Below, piece by piece: positions 60,728-64,000 of a stretch of DNA of 64,000 bases. The DNA is from Desulfobacterales bacterium (GTDB taxonomy: Bacteria > Desulfobacterota > Desulfobacteria > Desulfobacterales > UBA5852), in contig CAXXVS010000003.1 in assembly GCA_963674755.2 (NCBI GenBank), positions 608,001-672,000 of the forward strand. Direction: 5' to 3'. Positions within the stretch are counted from its first letter, which is position 1. Each line of letters begins with the position of its first letter. The position numbers were made by a program, and so were the translations under genes. The notes beneath the pieces are model-generated. The model was given only the letters and a program-made list of their open reading frames with translations. It made no database searches and was not told the DNA's origin.

Positions 60728-63454
60728 ATGATCGGCATCACCTCTTACGGCGCTTATACCCCCCGCCTGCGGCTGAGTCGGGCGGCCATCGTGCAGAGCA
60801 TGGGCTGGTTCGCCCCGGCCATCATGGCGGTGGCCCAGGGCGAGCGCGCCATGTGCAACTGGGATGAAGACACCCTCACCATGGCAGTGGCGGCTTCTCG
60901 TGACTGTTTGAAAGGCGTGGATAAAAAAGAACTGGACGGACTTTACCTGGCCTCCACCACCCTGCCTTTTGCCGACCGGCAGAACGCGGGCATCGTAGCG
61001 GCCGCCCTGAATCTGAATCGCCAGCTGGTAACGGCCGATTTTACGGCGTCCCTCAAGGCCGGCACCACGGCCCTCATGACCGCCCTGGAAACGGTCAAGA
61101 GCGGCGAGCGCCGCAACGTGCTGGTCACCGCCGGCGACAGCCGCCAGACCAAGACGGCCTACTTTTACGAAATGTGGTTCGGGGATGGCGCCGCCGCCTT
61201 CTGCGTGGGCGCTGAAAACGTGATTGCCGCCTACAAAGGGGGCTATACCGTATCCTGCGATTTCGTGGACCACTACCGCGGCGCGGACCGGCGTTTCGAC
61301 TACATGTGGGAAGAACGCTGGGTGCGGGATGCGGGCTATTCCAAGCTGATTCCCGAGGCGGTCCAAGGTCTCCTGCAAAAGACCGGGATGACGATGACGG
61401 ATGTGGATCGCCTGGTTTTCCCCTGCTTCTTCAAGGCGGAGCACCGCAAGATCGCCAAACAGTTGGGCGCGGCCCCGGAGAAGGTCGTGGACAACCTGCA
61501 TGAGGTCTGCGGCGAAACCGGGGCGGCCCATCCCTTCCTCATGATGACCCGGGCCCTGGAAGAGGCCCGGCCCGGGGAGCGCATCGTCGTGGTGGGCTTC
61601 GGCCAGGGTGCCCAGGCCCTGTGCTTCGAGGTGACCGAGCAGATCGACGAGCTGGCGCCCCGCAACGGGTTGAAGGGCACCCTGGAAAACCGCAAAGCCA
61701 CCGACAACTATCCCAAGTTTCTCAAATTCCGTGATCTCATCCAAACCGAAATGGGCATTCGGGCCGAGGCCCCCACCCAGACGGCGACGACCGTGCTTTA
61801 CCGCAAAAACAAGATGATCCTGGGCCTGGTGGGAGGCCGCTGCCGGGAGTGCGGCACGCCCCAGTTTCCCAAGGCGGATATCTGTGTCAATCCGGCCTGC
61901 GGCGCCTATCACAGCCAGGACGATTACGAATTTGCCGACGTGCCGGCCTCGGTCAAGACCTTCACCGGCGACATGCTCTCCGTGTCCGTGGATCCCCCGG
62001 CCATCTATGGCATGGTGCAGTTCGAAGGCGGGGGACGCTTTATGGCGGATTTTACGGACTGCGAGTTGGGCGAGCTGAAGGTGGGCTTGCCCGTGCGGAT
62101 GGCATTCAAGCGCAAGGGCGTGGACCGGGAGCGGGGCTTCAGCAATTACTTCTGGAAGGCGGTGCCCGTGCCCGGTGCGGCCGAGGCCATGAACCGCATC
62201 GACTTCGAAGGCCGGGTGGCTATCGTGACAGGGGCCGGCGGCGGCCTGGGCCGGGCCTATGCCCTGGAGCTGGCCCGCCGGGGGGCCAAGGTGGTGGTGA
62301 ACGATCTGGGCGGGTCCCGGGACGGCTCCGGTGAGGGCTCCAGTACGCCGGCGGCCAAGGTGGTGGCGGAGATCGAAGCCATCGGCGGCCAGGCCGTGGC
62401 CAACGATGACAACGTGGCCACCCCGGAGGGGGGCGAGGCCATCGTCCAGAGCGCGCTGGCGGCCTTCGGCACGGTGGACATCGTGATCAACAACGCGGGC
62501 ATCCTGCGGGACAAGAGTTTCCTTAAGATGGAACCGGCGAACTGGCAGGCGGTGTTAGGCGTTCATCTGAACGGGGCCTACCATGTGACGCGGCCGGCCT
62601 ATGCGGTGATGAAGGCGAAGGGCTACGGGCGCATCGTGATGACCACTTCGGCCGCCGGATTATACGGTAACTTCGGCCAGACCAACTATTCGGCGGCCAA
62701 GATGGGCCTGGTGGGCCTGATGAACACGCTCAAGCTGGAGGGGGCCAAATACGGGGTCAAGGTGAACACGGTGGCGCCCCTGGCGGCCTCACGCTTGACC
62801 GAGGACGTCATGCCGCCGGAGATCTTCGCCAAGATGAAGCCGGAGTTCGTGGTGCCCATGGTGGTATACCTCTGCAGCGAACAATGCGAGGGCACGGGCC
62901 AGATCTTCAACGCCGGCATGGGGTATTTCAACCGGGCGGCCGTGGCCACCGGGCCGGGCGCCCAGTTGGGCACGCCGGAAAAGCCCCCCACTCTGGAAGA
63001 CATCGAGGCCCACTGGGCGACCATCAACGATCTTAAAGCCGGCAAGGAGATCAACGATGCCACCGCAGCGCTTATGGATCTCCTGGCGCCGCCGGCTCCG
63101 GCCGCTGAGGACACCGCCCCCAAAACGGATGCCCCTGATGTGGCGGAAATCTTCAGTCGCATGCCGGAGGCCTTCCAGGCGGACAAAGCCGCCGAGGTGG
63201 AAGCGGTCTTTCAATACTGCATCACCGGCCCCGGGGGCGGGGACTGGCAGGTCACGATCACGGACGCGCAATGCCGGGTAACGGCCGGCAAAGCGGACAA
63301 ACCCACCTGCACCCTGATCATCGGGGCCGGCGATTTCGCCGACATGATCGGCGGCCGCCTGGATCCCATGCAGGCCTTTACCTCGGGCAAGCTCAGGATC
63401 GAAGGCGACGTCATGAAGTCGCAGCTCATCGGCCAGCTTTTCAAGATTGCTTAA
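60728..63454 (+). CDS. HMG-CoA-synthase-like / DUF35 (Zn-ribbon OB-fold) / SDR / SCP2 fusion protein
   Basis: GITSYGAYTP...DEDTLTMAV, GDGAAA, GETGAAH (condensing-enzyme fold); CREC...CVNPAC plus OB domain; SDR; SCP2. Confidence 0.88.
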   Translation: MIGITSYGAYTPRLRLSRAAIVQSMGWFAPAIMAVAQGERAMCNWDEDTLTMAVAASRDCLKGVDKKELDGLYLASTTLPFADRQNAGIVAAALNLNRQLVTADFTASLKAGTTALMTALETVKSGERRNVLVTAGDSRQTKTAYFYEMWFGDGAAAFCVGAENVIAAYKGGYTVSCDFVDHYRGADRRFDYMWEERWVRDAGYSKLIPEAVQGLLQKTGMTMTDVDRLVFPCFFKAEHRKIAKQLGAAPEKVVDNLHEVCGETGAAHPFLMMTRALEEARPGERIVVVGFGQGAQALCFEVTEQIDELAPRNGLKGTLENRKATDNYPKFLKFRDLIQTEMGIRAEAPTQTATTVLYRKNKMILGLVGGRCRECGTPQFPKADICVNPACGAYHSQDDYEFADVPASVKTFTGDMLSVSVDPPAIYGMVQFEGGGRFMADFTDCELGELKVGLPVRMAFKRKGVDRERGFSNYFWKAVPVPGAAEAMNRIDFEGRVAIVTGAGGGLGRAYALELARRGAKVVVNDLGGSRDGSGEGSSTPAAKVVAEIEAIGGQAVANDDNVATPEGGEAIVQSALAAFGTVDIVINNAGILRDKSFLKMEPANWQAVLGVHLNGAYHVTRPAYAVMKAKGYGRIVMTTSAAGLYGNFGQTNYSAAKMGLVGLMNTLKLEGAKYGVKVNTVAPLAASRLTEDVMPPEIFAKMKPEFVVPMVVYLCSEQCEGTGQIFNAGMGYFNRAAVATGPGAQLGTPEKPPTLEDIEAHWATINDLKAGKEINDATAALMDLLAPPAPAAEDTAPKTDAPDVAEIFSRMPEAFQADKAAEVEAVFQYCITGPGGGDWQVTITDAQCRVTAGKADKPTCTLIIGAGDFADMIGGRLDPMQAFTSGKLRIEGDVMKSQLIGQLFKIA
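62212..62826 (+). repeat. Direct repeat copy 2 of SDR-coding segment
   Basis: Nearly identical to 59416-60030. Confidence 0.9.
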
Positions 63455-63467
63455 AGGGAGGTATCAC

Positions 63468-64000
63468 ATGGCTACCGGCATCAAAGATAAAGTCGCCATC
63501 ATCGGCATGGGCTGCACCCAATTCGGCGAACGCTGGGAGGTGGGCGCCGAGGAGCTCATGGTGGAAGCCTTCGAGGAGTGCCTTGCCGATGCGGGCATTG
63601 CCAAAAACGATATCGAAGCGGCCTGGATGGGCACCTGTTTCGACGAGATCAGCGTGGGCAAGAGCGCTCTGCCCCTTGCCATCAGCCTGCGGCTGCCCTT
63701 CATCCCGGTGACCCGGGTGGAGAATTTTTGCGCCACCGGCACCGAGGCCTTCCGGGGCGCGGTCTACGCCGTGGCCTCGGGCGCCTACGACATCTGTCTG
63801 GCCATGGGCGTGGAAAAGCTGAAAGACACGGGCTATGGCGGGCTGCCCAGCTTCGTGGGCTCCAATGCGGGCAGTCTCAACTGGCAGTGGTTTCCCAACC
63901 TGACAGCTCCCGGAACCTTTGCCCAGCTGGCTTCGGCCTATGCCGCCAAATACCGCATCAAGGATCAGGACCTCAAGCGGGCCATGGCCCACGTGTCTGC
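63468..64000 (+). CDS. Thiolase (SCP-x-like acetyl-CoA acetyltransferase), runs off the window end
   Basis: GGAGG RBS; MATGIKDKVAIIGMGCTQFGERW, VENFCATG (catalytic Cys), GVEKLKD. Confidence 0.9.
   Translation, partial: MATGIKDKVAIIGMGCTQFGERWEVGAEELMVEAFEECLADAGIAKNDIEAAWMGTCFDEISVGKSALPLAISLRLPFIPVTRVENFCATGTEAFRGAVYAVASGAYDICLAMGVEKLKDTGYGGLPSFVGSNAGSLNWQWFPNLTAPGTFAQLASAYAAKYRIKDQDLKRAMAHVS

Noticed and set aside
1..64000. CRISPR arrays, rRNA, tRNA, transposases, prophage genes
   Set aside because: None recognised by eye in this window.

Overview
GC-rich chromosomal window. The gene content is typical of a sulfate-reducing Desulfobacterales-like deltaproteobacterium (taxonomy inferred). 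Most of it is housekeeping or ordinary metabolism: degQ, grpE-dnaK, SRP RNA, tilS-ftsH-folP-coaX-tag, yggT-divIVA-pilT-pilU, convergent nrdDG and nrdJ with NrdR boxes, and two ABC systems. The standout is an AT-rich insert at about 6.6-8.9 kb that reads as a two-cassette integron array with no integrase in the window. It has two attC-like sites (6629-6699 and 7618-7686). These bound a cassette carrying a DUF3800 (RNase H-like) gene and a convergent ~55-nt structured RNA with its own promoter and terminator; a second cassette encodes an unrecognised 368-aa protein. Also notable: a >1900-aa alpha-2-macroglobulin fused to an N-terminal LprI-like lysozyme-inhibitor domain, and a TetR-led lipid-catabolic operon with two unusual multidomain fusions that share a near-identical ~600-bp SDR segment. 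All family calls come from motif recognition by eye; no database searches were run.
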